A stretch of DNA of 64,000 nt from positions 6,852,483 to 6,916,482 of the forward strand of contig SMSO01000032.1 in the NCBI GenBank assembly GCA_004764695.1, in the 5' to 3' direction. The notes beneath the pieces are model-generated. The model worked only from the letters and a program-made list of their open reading frames with translations. It searched no databases and had not been told where the DNA came from. The translations under genes and the position numbers were made by a program. This document shows, in pieces, positions 51,934 through 63,872 of this stretch; position 1 is the stretch's first letter, and each line of letters starts with the position of its first letter. Source of the DNA: Schizochytrium sp. TIO01 (taxonomy: Eukaryota; Protista; Bigyra: Labyrinthulomycetes).

Positions 51934-53355
51934 TTAGTTCGGTTTATGCGCAGCCAAGTTTTTCTTAAAGAGAGACACGCGTTTTGGCTTACCTGCTGCT
52001 TCAGCTGAAGTTGACGAGGTAGCAATGTTTTCCTGAGGAGGGGGAGTAGGTGCGATTGCTGGTAGCGGTGTCAGCATTGAAGGAGCCTCAGCAGATCGCT
52101 CAATAATTTCACCCGAGAATGCGCCATCAGATGAAGACATCTTTTCTGTTGGCTTAGCTGCGTTTGAAGTTACTGGTTTGGGCATCTCAGATGATTTCAT
52201 AGATTGGGAGTCAGACTTCGCCAATGAGATTGCATCCAGAGCCATAGTAGCGTCTGTTGCAGAATACTCTGGCATAGTAGTGATGTTGTCTGAAGTCTCC
52301 GCAGAGGATTTATTTTTATTCAGAAAGTGCGAATAGAAGTCATCCATTGACATCTGAGCCTCAGCACGTTCTTTATCCTCTTGAGCTTGTAGAGCAGCTT
52401 CGGCAGCTGCCAATGCCTCGGGGTCATTTTCCTCCTCAAGTTTTGCAAACTGGTCCCAAATCGCCCTCGATTGGGCTCGCTCCTCTTCAGTAAATGCTTT
52501 GCGCGGCGTTGGTTCACTGCGATGACCAGAATCAGAAGCTTCCTGGGCTAGAGATCGCGACTCCTCAAGAGTTTCACGAAGCTCAACAAAACCTCCAGGG
52601 GTATTTTTCATGTTTGAGTTCTCATTGTCAATGCTTGCAGCCTTTTGAGTTCTAGTCTGAGCTTGATTTTGTACAGCTCTAGCAGAAGGCTGTTGCTGGG
52701 ATACTATTGGATCACGTTGGCGATGTCCCAGCATTGTCTTGATTTCCTGAATATCACCCTGTACAGAAAGCTTCCGCCTTTCCAGAACTCCGCAGGCCTG
52801 GTATGCTGATTGCTTGACAAATACTCCTCCACCAAGGTTCACCATCACTTCGTTTGTACGTTCTATTGTCGCTCTCGTAAAAGCCATCTGAACTCAGGGC
52901 ATTTGAGAGTGGCATTTTAAGGGAACGTTCACATCGAAAGTCACACGAAACAGACGCCACCAGAACAGGAACCCCAAATGCATTCACAAGCTCATGTCAG
53001 TCTCCATCCAACGTGTATATTTGTCTACATCAATTAAAAATTGCCACAGATTTGTGACACAGCCGCAAATCCTCCCCTAGTATGGACGGATATTGCTGAC
53101 GAACTCGAAGCACAGCAACAACCTCATGATCGTGACCGTCAGACCTTGAACGGTCTTTGATTGCACTGATTTTCATGGTCAACTTACCTTTCCCACAGGG
53201 ACAATGACCTTGTGCTTGAGACTCTGTGGAAGCGAGGTGAGCGTGGCCTGGGTTGCTTCTAGCTGCGTGTACAGATCAATGTTTTCCTGCGCCTTACGCT
53301 CCAGGGCCTCTGTGCTGAAGCGCCCGTCTTGGGCCTGATGTGCATGCTCTGCCAT
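51934..53355 (-). CDS. URI1: Unconventional prefoldin RPB5 interactor (URI/Bud27-like); exons 53355-53188 and 52887-51934
   Basis: A GT-AG intron at 53187-52888 (AAG|gtaagt...ttcag|ATG) joins 'LTSLPQSLKHKVIVPVGK' to 'MAFTRATIERTNEVMVNLGGGVFVKQSAYQACGVLERRK', the URI alpha-prefoldin domain. C-terminal 'AFSGEIIER' and 'KPKRVSLFK' URI-box-like motifs. Confidence 0.85.
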
Positions 53356-55268
53356 TTTCTCTCGCACAAGGGACCACTTTGAACTGACGAGCGTTATGCA
53401 CGATCCAACACCAATACAGACGCGTGGATATCTTATTGAAAGTTGCCCCGGACGACGTATCCGAACAAGAGCTTTGGTTGCTAGGTTGATCTTCAGAGTT
53501 CATCTTCGTTCATCATGCACCAGTGATAAATAAATGAAACAATTTTTAAGTCCTTATTATGATCGCTCTTTTTTCTAAACATGAGGGAGACTCAAGCAAA
53601 TCAGTCCTTCACAATAGAATTTGCTGCAGCACAAGCACGCTACTCGTGGTGAAGATATTCCTTCAATGATCTTCGAGTATACTCTGCCTACAGACAAATT
53701 ATCGACAATCTTGATTCCGCCTGTAACTAGTTGCATTTTGTCGTCGTTTCCGCTTTATGCGTAGTAGGTATAGGATAAATAATATTTGGAACGTTCCGTC
53801 TCCTATAATGGAACAAGACACTGGGCGAAGGTCCCTCCCTACCCTAGAACGGGTAAAACACACTCAATTCATGGGAACACAGCAGCGCGGCAGTGAGGTC
53901 CATTTTTTTGTTGTTCAACGGGATAAATTGACTGCATCGCACCTTGTTGAGAATTTGATCTGACTAGAAGAAACTGACTAACTTACCTGCAAGCTACCTA
54001 TGCTTGCGTCGTTGAGGCCCGCTAAACGATGGAATCCGAGTGAGATGTAATGACATGAAAGTTTAGATGCAGCGCAAGAACACAGAGTCTTTTGAAATTT
54101 TTAAGAGTCATTCAGCAGAACGACGGTCATTGTTTTTACGAATGATGTTTTCTCAAGCTAGACTCTCTTCTTTGCTTTTTAACCATATACTAACTCTAAC
54201 TCTAAAGTTCGGAGGGTGAGTTATTCTGTCTAAATGATATTCTTTTCTTTTTTTTCAATTATTCACTCTAGCATCATTTTGTAAAATCCACCTCCGAAAG
54301 AGGGCGATAAGACTCAGGCTAAATGGGAAAGCAGCATTACCTAGTTGATTATTTGTGGCAAACAGCACTCGTCCTAAGCCTTGACTCCAAGCAAAATTAC
54401 GAGGTGAAAGTGCAGCTGGGCCTGACCTCTATTTGCTTGCCCAACCATTGTGAGTGACAAGCTCCAAATAACAGAAAAAGATTTTAGCCTCACAGAAACC
54501 CGATAGTCCGCGCCTTGTATTCAGGTCAACCTCACCCTGCCTGCTCAAAGACCAACTTGAGCGACACACTAGTATAAAGAAGTTTTCGTGGCTCCACCTT
54601 AGATCGCTCGATTCTTTACTTGGACTGAGTTTGATAGCTTCTGATGAGAACGCTCTCTTTCAATATTTTTCTGCGAGTGACAGACCAATTACGAAAGGCG
54701 AGCACGTTAAGTAATGGATTTGTCGACCAACATGATTACAGGGGCCCCGACGTCTCTGGAAAGCGAAAGAGAAAAACTAGCTTTTGCTGCATTAGGTAGA
54801 TTCGCTAAAGCGCGCCCCGTCAAATACCACGAATAGCCAGGCTGGTCTTCTACAAGTAAGAGTACAAGCATAGTCGTGCAATGCATTTTCTTTTATATCA
54901 CCCCTCACATCCGGAGACTCCTAGGTAAGAGGCCTACCGGCTATTAGTAGAAATGACACTATGCACACTGTTAAGGGGAGATTCTTGCTTATCACTTGCT
55001 GGGTTGAGAGTGGCGCGAAGGGTGAAAGAATTTGGTAGAGTCCAATCATAGATTTGCGTACAAGAAGAACTGTCATCACAACAGCAAGAACGACAAGAAC
55101 AGCCAAGGCTGGAATGAATAAGAACAAGTGAAGCATCGCCAGGTAGCAAACCCGTATCGACAACACGGCTGAGTTGTTCGACTTGACGCGTTTTCAGCGT
55201 CGAGCACAGAGCCGAGGTTCAAGCAAACAAGCTTACGTGCTGCGTGGTTAGACTTGGTTACGATTACC

Positions 55269-56717
55269 ATGGCGCTTTTCATGCGACGGGGAAAAGCAAA
55301 ACCCGAAAGTCTCGATACCCTCCAGTGTGACCAAGATGGAAACGAAGAAGAATCCAAAGTTGATCTGGACCTTCAAATCGAAACCACGCGACGAAGCCTA
55401 ATTCAAGGTGCAGATGAACCCATGACAAGCTGTAGCCTAAGTAGCAGCAACGGCGGTAGCTTCAAAAAGGGCAAAAGTGGATGGACGAAGCAGGAACGTT
55501 TGGAACTTGAGTCTCTTGAAATCTTCAACGTTACCCAAATGAAAGCCTTAGAAATGATGAGAACGGAGTGCGCATTAGAATTGGACCAAATAGAATCTCA
55601 CGAAGACATTACATCAGATCGTCGTCTATTGCGGTTTCTTCGAGGGCACAAGTTTGATATGGCCACAGCGTGCCAGATGTACAAGAATATGCTGCAATGG
55701 CGTCAGGAGCAAAATATCGATGCCATCCGAGAGGAAATTATCTCCAAAAACCTCGAGCCTAAAGACTTTCCCCACCATGGACGGGTCGTACGTTTCTTGC
55801 CTCTGCATCAACATCATGGATATGATCTTGAGGGTCGCCCTGTCCAGATCAAATTAGTTGGACGTATTGATACCAAAAAACTTCTCAGCAGCTTTCAGGA
55901 AGAGGAGTTTCTTCGCTATCATATTTACGGTATGGAGTATTCATCTCTCCTACTTGATCAACTTTCAAAGGAACGCAAAAGCATGGTGCGTACAGTCCTC
56001 ATCTTTGACCTTGCTGGTCTCAACATGAGCCATGTCCGTGGCTCTGCAATGGACCTACTTCGCAAGGCTCTGAAAATCACCCAAGATTATTATCCTGAAA
56101 GTATGCACCGATGCTACATTCTCAATGCGCCAAAGGTTTTTTCCATGTTTTGGCAGGTCATCAAGCCATTGCTTGCTGAGCGCACTGTACGCAAGGTTCA
56201 GGTCCTCGGGTCCTCGTACCAAGCTGATCTTTTAAGCACTATCCCTGCAGAGAGTCTCCCTGTATCTCTTGGGGGGTCTCGCCCTGATGTATGGCCTCTT
56301 GTGTTTGACAAAAATGAGGCCGCTGCACTTGATGAGGACTACGAGCAGCTTGTTATTCCTAAAGGCGCGAGCAAGACTTTGGAGGTCACCGTTCCACCTT
56401 CTTCATATGTTGTTTGGGGCTTCTTTGCACAGTCGGGAGACGTTGTTTTTTCCTCAAAATTTACAGATAGTAAAGGGGCGATAGAGCAGAACAACCCAAG
56501 CGTAGCAAATGAAGGGAAGTTTGAATCGCTAGCAGGCTCTTTTGAGTCGCACTGTGGGGGTACTCTATCCTTGACATTTGATAACTCCACCTCATGGGTC
56601 AAGAGTAAGAACATCAGCTACTACACCTGCATCGCTCCTTTAAATTTGCGTCAAGAACTCGATAGTCCGCGGAAAGGCAAGCTTCGTCAATTTTTCGCTT
56701 CGCCATCCCAATCCTAA
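55269..56717 (+). CDS. SEC14-like lipid-transfer protein (CRAL-TRIO_N + CRAL-TRIO + C-terminal GOLD-like domain)
   Basis: 'DRRLLRFLRGHKFD...MLQWR', 'IFDLAGL', 'QDYYPE.MHRCYILNAP..F...W..IKP.L.ERT..KV', 'LP.SLGG'; GOLD-like 'GTLSLTFDNSTSWVKSKNISY'. ATG in accATGg context at 55269. Confidence 0.92.
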   Translation: MALFMRRGKAKPESLDTLQCDQDGNEEESKVDLDLQIETTRRSLIQGADEPMTSCSLSSSNGGSFKKGKSGWTKQERLELESLEIFNVTQMKALEMMRTECALELDQIESHEDITSDRRLLRFLRGHKFDMATACQMYKNMLQWRQEQNIDAIREEIISKNLEPKDFPHHGRVVRFLPLHQHHGYDLEGRPVQIKLVGRIDTKKLLSSFQEEEFLRYHIYGMEYSSLLLDQLSKERKSMVRTVLIFDLAGLNMSHVRGSAMDLLRKALKITQDYYPESMHRCYILNAPKVFSMFWQVIKPLLAERTVRKVQVLGSSYQADLLSTIPAESLPVSLGGSRPDVWPLVFDKNEAAALDEDYEQLVIPKGASKTLEVTVPPSSYVVWGFFAQSGDVVFSSKFTDSKGAIEQNNPSVANEGKFESLAGSFESHCGGTLSLTFDNSTSWVKSKNISYYTCIAPLNLRQELDSPRKGKLRQFFASPSQS

Positions 56718-57183
56718 TGAAGGCCTTTTTCGCAACAACTTCTCTATTTCATCGTGAAGCTGACATTCTTGCAAGGCTGTAGAACTCTCAACCGCAAGTA
56801 TGTAACATCTCTCAATTATCATGTATATTGTTTTGTTTGTTTAATCAGAACATCTAGTTTATTTGCTGATTGTTTAAGTCTTGTTAGAATACTTACATCT
56901 TAACAGCGTATGAAAGTTACGTGCAGATTTCTACTTTGTTCAGCCATCTCCAATTGCAAGACTCAAATTTGCACTAATTCTTTGTTTCTGCAAGTGCACA
57001 AGTGGCGTACAAAGCTTGTGCAAAAGTTCTAACGTCCAAACTATCTCAGATGTGTGGAATGGACAAACATTGCGTCTTATAGCAAATGAGGAACTTCATG
57101 AGAAATACGAATAGTTTACTTAGCTTAAAACTTACAATTCAATCTTTATATTTCATAAATGTTTAAAATAAAATGAGTATGAT

Positions 57184-59553
57184 TTACATATGTATGCTCC
57201 CAGTAGCAATAACTCTGTTCAACTCGGCCACCTTGACATTCATTATTTGCTCATGCTCATGCGTAATGCGCATAATTCGCTCACTTGCTTGAGCGCGTTC
57301 ATGACCGAACTTTTCATCAAGACGCTTGCGCTCCTTTGCAGACTTTGTTCGTTGCAAGAGACTCTCACGGCGACGTTCATGCCCTTGTTCTTCTTCAAGA
57401 ATACCTAATAAATGCATGTTCTGTTTCCTCTTCAAAATACTAATCTCTTCTTCCATTTTCTCGCGTGACACCTTTTTCGACTTCTTACCTTTTGCCTTTT
57501 TTGGTTTTCGAACTGGGGCAGTTTGAGGACGAGCGAGCCATGGATTACTCGAACTTTGCAAATTTTGTTGGCGTTCGTGGGGCTGAGAAAGCGCAACATG
57601 TCCCTTAGAATCACTAGAGAGAGAATGGTGTTCTTGATAGGTAACACCATCTGTAGACTTAAACTCTTCACTGCCATACGAAGATTCAATTGATGAAGAT
57701 TGTGACCGACTAGCACCTGCTGTACGAATGCGAGGACGCGATGATCGATTCGAATCGCGACTTGCCGGAGACCTTCCCCTAGGGATAGCTGAAGCTGGTC
57801 GCATTTTTGTTGTAGACTTCATTGATTTGGAAGTTAACTCATGGCCTCTCGAATTAGGCGTGCGAGACGAGTGCACCTCAGGGAGGACCCCCTCTCCCCC
57901 CTTAGTAGTGCCATTCTGCACAGGCTTTAAGTCCAAGGTGAAGCCCTCGTCTTTCATATGTTTTGGTATCACAAGTTTTCCAGTGTTGCGCATGTGGTCA
58001 AAAGCTTTAATAATTTCTTTTTTCTGCTTTTCAGCATCGAGACGTTGTTGCTTGCGTAGGTCGATGAGTTTTTCCCGTTGAATACGAATTGCCTCCGCTC
58101 GTTCAGTCTCTTTTGCAATCTTCTCCATAATGTGTTGACGCTTATAGTCCTCCATGCGCTTCTTCCTCTCAACAAGATCAATACGGTCCTGCTCGCGAAG
58201 TCTGATTAGCTCTTCTTGAACAGCATTCGTTGTTCGCTCTCTGGCTGCACGTCTTGCCGCAGCCTCCTCCTTCTGACGTCGTTTGCGGAAAATTGCAGCA
58301 CATTTTGCACGTTGAGCTGCCATCATTTGCTCGTAAGCTTCTTGTCGCGCTTCGTCGCGCTCTCGCGATTCGCGAGCTCGCTGCCTGGCTTCAAGTTCCT
58401 GAGACATCTTACGCTGAAGCAATCGCTGCTCGGTTTCGTTTTCAAGTTCCTCAGCTTTACGTCGGCGATATTCGGCTTGAATTTCCATCTGTTGTTGGGT
58501 ATGTTCAATTTGCGCAGCTTTCTCTGCTGCCCGTTCCATTGCTTCTTTTTGCTCTTTGTCTCGTCGAGCCTGAAATGCACGCTGTCGTGCCTCAGCAGCT
58601 CTCTGACGCTTTTCAAATTCTGAACGCTGATGGTCCATAACACGTTTCTGATTACGAAGAGCTGTCTGTACCCTTTGCAATTGCTCGTTTCGTTTTCGCT
58701 CATGCTCCTTGGCCATTTTGTCTCGCTTCTTGCTTAAAGACCGTTCCCTTTCTGCTTGTTTACGATCCATTTCCCTTTTCTTTCGCAAAAGCTGCGTTTG
58801 TTGATTTTCGAAGATTTTTCGTGTGGCCTCTCTCCTTTTTTGCTGTCGACGGGCTTGTTCCTTCTCTCGACGTAGAGCGTCTTTGCGGCGTTGAATCTCG
58901 CGATTTTTCTCCAGCTCGGCTTGTACCTTTGCTGCCTTCGCTTCCTTTGCCATCATATTTTTTCTTTGCTGCTCTTCTTCGCGCTCGCGATCCCTCTTTT
59001 CCTTCTCTTGTTGTACTTTCCGTGCTTCCTCACGTGCAGACTGTTCTTGCTTCATGCGCTCCCTCTTCAGTTTTGCTTCAGCCTCACGCGCTAGTTTTGC
59101 CTCGTTTTCCTTATGCATTTGAGTCATGCGCAGTTCGTATGCCATAAGTTGCTGTAAATCTTGTTTTTGCCGCTCCTTGAGTCGCTCAAGTTGGGCTTCT
59201 TCCTTGGCTAGAAGCGCTGCTGCGCGAGTTGCCTCGTCCTCATCTTCGCCATAAATATTTGCCAGCTCCTGTGCTCGCTCCCGCATTTGCTCCTCTCGAA
59301 TGAGCTTTTCCCTTTCTTCGAATACCAAGCGTATTTTCTCGCGACGCTTTCGCACATAGTGGTCGTATCGAACATCCTGCACAGCCTCTTCAACGTCATC
59401 TTCCTGAAATGAGTCAAACGTGCGGAAGGCAAGCTCTCGTTTGCGAATTCCAGCTCTCGCACATGCCTCCTGAGTCTTCGCGCAGCTCAAGTCGATTCCT
59501 AATTTTGCGTCCTCTCGCTCATTCGCACGCGTCATTTCTGAACGTGGCGCCAT
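57184..59553 (-). CDS. 789-aa E/R/K/Q-rich coiled-coil protein; N-terminus resembles the CCDC177 family
   Basis: Long intact ORF. 'EACARAGIRKREL.....F........RYDHY..KRREKI.....ER' resembles the CCDC177-type N-terminus. Long coiled coil, Ser/Arg-rich linker, helical C-terminal domain. Family assignment is tentative. Confidence 0.8.
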   Translation of the reverse strand: MAPRSEMTRANEREDAKLGIDLSCAKTQEACARAGIRKRELAFRTFDSFQEDDVEEAVQDVRYDHYVRKRREKIRLVFEEREKLIREEQMRERAQELANIYGEDEDEATRAAALLAKEEAQLERLKERQKQDLQQLMAYELRMTQMHKENEAKLAREAEAKLKRERMKQEQSAREEARKVQQEKEKRDREREEEQQRKNMMAKEAKAAKVQAELEKNREIQRRKDALRREKEQARRQQKRREATRKIFENQQTQLLRKKREMDRKQAERERSLSKKRDKMAKEHERKRNEQLQRVQTALRNQKRVMDHQRSEFEKRQRAAEARQRAFQARRDKEQKEAMERAAEKAAQIEHTQQQMEIQAEYRRRKAEELENETEQRLLQRKMSQELEARQRARESRERDEARQEAYEQMMAAQRAKCAAIFRKRRQKEEAAARRAARERTTNAVQEELIRLREQDRIDLVERKKRMEDYKRQHIMEKIAKETERAEAIRIQREKLIDLRKQQRLDAEKQKKEIIKAFDHMRNTGKLVIPKHMKDEGFTLDLKPVQNGTTKGGEGVLPEVHSSRTPNSRGHELTSKSMKSTTKMRPASAIPRGRSPASRDSNRSSRPRIRTAGASRSQSSSIESSYGSEEFKSTDGVTYQEHHSLSSDSKGHVALSQPHERQQNLQSSSNPWLARPQTAPVRKPKKAKGKKSKKVSREKMEEEISILKRKQNMHLLGILEEEQGHERRRESLLQRTKSAKERKRLDEKFGHERAQASERIMRITHEHEQIMNVKVAELNRVIATGSIHM

Positions 59554-60489
59554 GATGTCCTCAAAGCAGACAATACTCGGCTTTTAATAGGTTCTGGTCT
59601 GAACTGATGACCTACAATGCGTCTTCGAGCATGCGAGGAGATGCTAAAGACAAACGCCTGTCTTTTGACAATTGCTCAGATTATACCTGCGCTATTTCGT
59701 AAGCATTAACAGAGTCCGTCCTGATGTCAAGAGAAAAATATTGCAGGAGCGCCGTGAGCTAGATTTTGCAGAGATGAAGTGCACACCTAGAATCTGCCTC
59801 CTCTGCATAGCCTGATGTTACCTTTGGCATGGCATGATACACACCTTTCTATTGTTTCGCTTGAAATTATAAGGCCATCTTTTTTAGAAAACGTTATATG
59901 ACTTCCTAATGTTATACCACGTTAAAATATTTGGAACCGTAACGGATCGAAATTGCATATCTCAAATGTTGCTTTACGCTGTTCATTCTCCTTATTAATT
60001 TGGGGGGGGAATAGTTATTTCTAGATTTGTTTGATTTTCGTTCGTAGATGGTTTCCAGTGCCGCCGATGGTATGGCCGAGCGTCATATAGGCTAGAATTA
60101 GAGCGAATTTGTTGATTAAGACACTCCTAACGTGAACATTATTCTTGAAATTTTGCCTAGTAAGTACCACCTAGGTATGACTTTCACTCCCACATTAAAG
60201 CATACCATGGTATTCCAGTCTTTAGTTTCTTGCTCAACCTAAGTTTTGGTTTCACATGTCATGCGCAGCTTTTTGCTCATTATTTTGAAATTTGATATAT
60301 GTCCTACTTAGTAGTACCTTACTATAGTCCCAAATATAGAGGCCAAATTAAGTTCCTAATGTAAACAATAGGCTAAGGTTTGTTTAGAGATGTGATAGCT
60401 AGTGCTACATAGTAGGCAGACAATGAACATACAAGGCAAGAAAACAAATCGATGTTGTCATATCTCGGGGCTCGTTTGGCCAGAACACA

Positions 60490-61731
60490 ATGGAGTCTGG
60501 AGATGACGAGGTAATTGCTTGGGGCCAAGTGCTCATTGGGCCACCTGGCTCTGGCAAGAGTACCTATTGTAGAGGTATGAAGGAGTTTCTTCAAGGCATT
60601 GATCGGTAAGTGAGTTAGGTTTCGGCGAGCGCCAATCGTTCACTCTCACTTCGCGAAGAGTCTTGAGAAGCTCGCCAAGACCACGGCCTGCATTTTTCCA
60701 AGCGTGTACACAATGCAAACCTGAAAATTTCTGCGATATCGAGGGGGATAATAACTAACACACGAGACTTCTTGAATGTGTGATACAGAGATGTCATGAT
60801 TGTAAACTTAGACCCAGCCAATGAGGATACTTCCTATGAACCTTTGGCTGATATTGGCGAACTGATTCGCTTAGAGGACGCGATGGAGGAGTTAGAGCTA
60901 GGACCCAATGGAGGTATTATTTACTGCTTAGAGTTTCTTGAAGCAAATGTGGACTGGCTTTTGGATATCCTTAGAGAAGCAATGCGCGGAAAAGCTCGGC
61001 CGTACTTTCTGTTTGATTTGCCTGGCCAAGTGGAAATCTCAACTCACCATGAGGCTCTACGCAATGTCATGAACTATCTTATCAAAGAGCTTGATTTGCG
61101 CCTTACTGCTGTTCACCTTATCGATGCTTACCATTGTTCAGATCCGAGCAAGTACATTTCCGCAGTCTTTCTTGCACTTTCAGCCATGCTGCGCCTTGAG
61201 ATGCCGCATGTAAACGTACTGTCTAAGATTGACCTTGTTGAGCGGTATGGCGAGCTTGATTTTGGTCTGGAGTTCTATGCCATGGCGCAAGACCTGGGTC
61301 ATTTGCTCCCATTACTGAATCGTGGAACTAAGAAACTGCAAGAGAAAACTCCCTCAGTTGAGGAGGCAGCTCGACTTTCTGCGCAAGAGGAGGCGGTCGA
61401 GGCGGAGGCAAAAGCAAGCGCAGGAGCTAACTCTTTCAAAACGGACTCTATCAGGGAGAATACCCCATCACGAACTTCAGCATTTAATCAACGATACAGC
61501 GAGCTCAACGAGGCTCTTATCAATCTTATTGATCAGTATAGTCTCGTGGCATTTCACCCGCTTAATATTCAAGACAGAATGAGTATCGCGCGTTTGGTCA
61601 AACACATCGATAAGACTAACGGGTTCTTCGAAAGCATGACGAATGATGAAATTAACATGTTTGAGTCTCTCGACCAGGTCGACTACTCTGATCTGCAAGA
61701 GCAGTACTTTGCAGATTCTCGAGCCCCCTGA
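60490..61731 (+). CDS. GPN2: GPN-loop GTPase 2; exons 60490-60605 and 60789-61731
   Basis: Exon 1 MESGDDEVIAWGQVLIGPPGSGKSTYCRGMKEFL (P-loop); GT-AG intron 60606-60788; exon 2 'VNLDPAN', 'LGPNGG', 'FDLPGQVE', and the GPN2-type 'DLRLTAVHL.D...CSDP.KYIS'. Confidence 0.93.
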
Positions 61732-62156
61732 TACTATTTCCCTTCTTATTATAGACTAAACCCGCCTAGATTTTATTCTTTTTTGGCGCGTATTTTTTGA
61801 AGATGATTGCAGCGTACCAACATAATATTGGCACATTAAACGATTTGATTCTACATTCTTCCTACTTTCGCTATGCTTGCTTTGATTTCAAGGAAAACTC
61901 CCAAACGAATTTTGCATTTTAGTTTTTCAACCCTCTTATTTATTCGAATTGCTGGATTGCCTTGGAGAACACAGGGTAGCAATTCTTCATTTTCGCTGGC
62001 TAGGGTTTTCCCACAAAAAGACTACCAATTTTAGTAGTTTCCTAGAATTAGAATATTGAGTAAAAGACCCTTAGTCTTTTGCGTTGAGAACGGTTATGAA
62101 GAGCATTCCACATTTGGGACTCAATTCACTTACAGAGTATCTGCATAGACATCTGC

Positions 62157-63872
62157 ATGATGAACCGCGGAGGAGCACGCCGCAGACCTTCGCCTCCCCC
62201 TCCCCCGCCCCCACCTCCCTTGCCTATCACGTCTATACACGCTCGGAACAGAACCTCTTCTGTCGCCTCAGCGAATCGTAAAATCGCTGGGACGAAACCC
62301 AGAGCGAGATCCTCCTCCTCTTCCTTTTCGCCATCGTCTGCTTCACCTCGAAGAGGCGCTGGGACGCGACGGAGCTCTACGTTGACAACTTCTACTCATG
62401 GATCTCGACACGATGCTCGTGAAGACCGGAGTGCCGAGTATATTGATTCGCTAAAAGAACAACTTTCCTACTTGGAGATGGAATGCACGGTGCTCAAAAA
62501 TGCCAAGCAGAACTCCAAGGCACACAACAGTAGCAATAGTAGCGTTGTTGGGGCTGGACATACCAGAGGGACATCTGTGATATCATCAAAGTCGTGCGTG
62601 GATGACTCAATCTCTGAGCTAACAGAGCGATGCAGACAGCTCGAAGCAGAGCACCGCGCAGAAATGAACCAGCGAGAGGTGCAGCAAGATGAACTCCTAC
62701 AGGAAATCTCCGATCTTCGAACAGAAGTTGAGTTTCGCAAAGAAGAACAACGCCTCCTGCGATCCCGCGCTGAAGACATTGCAGGGGAGCGCACCTCTAG
62801 TCTTGAGCGTGAGGTAGCGCATTTGTCTCAGGAGCTTACAGAGCAACAAAATGCTAAAGAGCAACTCCAAGCGGCCCTTGCTGCTCAGCTACGTGCTGAA
62901 GAGAGATATGCACATGAACGAAAACTCAGGGAGTCAATTGAGTCAGAGCTAACAGAAGAAGTAACAAGACTCCGTGAGCAGCTCGTCTTGGCGAAATCCC
63001 GAGTCACCAACTTGGAGGGCTCTTGCGGTGTCGATCGGGTTCGGCTTGCTGAGCTCGAGACGAAACACACATCTTTTATAAATGAGACAACTGTTTTACA
63101 AGCTCGCACTGAGGCTGCTGAAGATAACGCAAGGCAGTTAAATGGCGAGCTTGCTCGTTCTAGAAACCATCTTCAAAAAGCTCAAGAGAAGGCAGATGCT
63201 CTTTCTGAAGAAAATGACCAACTCGTAGAGACCAACGCTGGCCTCCATGAAACTATACGCAAACTTCAGCACCAGCTGAGTGGCTCTGCTGGACGCGAGA
63301 ACGATGCTAAAGAAAGGTGTGAGGAAGCGTTGCGCCAAGCGTCTACGCAGCAGGTTCAGTATGAGTCGATGAAGATTGAATTGGAAAAGACCAAGGAATT
63401 CATGGAAGGCGAACTTACACGACACAGACATGAAGTAGAGGCCTTTGCGGATGCTCGGGCTCGTATTGATATACTTGAAAACAATTTACGTTCGCTTACT
63501 CATTCTAAAGACGAAGTTGAGGCACAACGGAAACGTCTGGAGGAACACATGTCTATGCTTGTATCTCAGGTTTCTTCGTTGCGTGCACATCTCGATGCTG
63601 CACGTTTAGAAACAAAAAAGGCTGAGGATCGCGCATTACAAGCTGAGCAAGCTCGTGTTTGGGCTCTTCAACGTTCAGACGAGGATAACAAAAACTCCAA
63701 CAGATGCAACGGTGGTGGAGAAGAATTAAAAGTAGCGGAGCACACGGCACCTTTTGACGTTGAACAATTCCAACACTTGATGCAAAGCCAAATTGCAGCA
63801 ACATTGCAGAATTTCATGAAGCAAAACCAACCTCAGTCTATTCAAACAGAAGGTAAAGAGCTTGAAGCCTAA
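62157..63872 (+). CDS. 571-aa hypothetical coiled-coil protein with a Pro/Ser/Arg-rich disordered N-terminus
   Basis: Long intact ORF, coding-like composition, poly-Pro tract, ~400 aa of heptad-rich sequence; no family recognised. Confidence 0.8.
   Translation: MMNRGGARRRPSPPPPPPPPPLPITSIHARNRTSSVASANRKIAGTKPRARSSSSSFSPSSASPRRGAGTRRSSTLTTSTHGSRHDAREDRSAEYIDSLKEQLSYLEMECTVLKNAKQNSKAHNSSNSSVVGAGHTRGTSVISSKSCVDDSISELTERCRQLEAEHRAEMNQREVQQDELLQEISDLRTEVEFRKEEQRLLRSRAEDIAGERTSSLEREVAHLSQELTEQQNAKEQLQAALAAQLRAEERYAHERKLRESIESELTEEVTRLREQLVLAKSRVTNLEGSCGVDRVRLAELETKHTSFINETTVLQARTEAAEDNARQLNGELARSRNHLQKAQEKADALSEENDQLVETNAGLHETIRKLQHQLSGSAGRENDAKERCEEALRQASTQQVQYESMKIELEKTKEFMEGELTRHRHEVEAFADARARIDILENNLRSLTHSKDEVEAQRKRLEEHMSMLVSQVSSLRAHLDAARLETKKAEDRALQAEQARVWALQRSDEDNKNSNRCNGGGEELKVAEHTAPFDVEQFQHLMQSQIAATLQNFMKQNQPQSIQTEGKELEA

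Noticed and set aside
53162-53185. 17-bp exact match (tgattttcatggtcaac) between the URI1 intron and LTR copies B/C
   Set aside because: No flanking homology; one match of this length in AT-rich 64 kb is compatible with chance.
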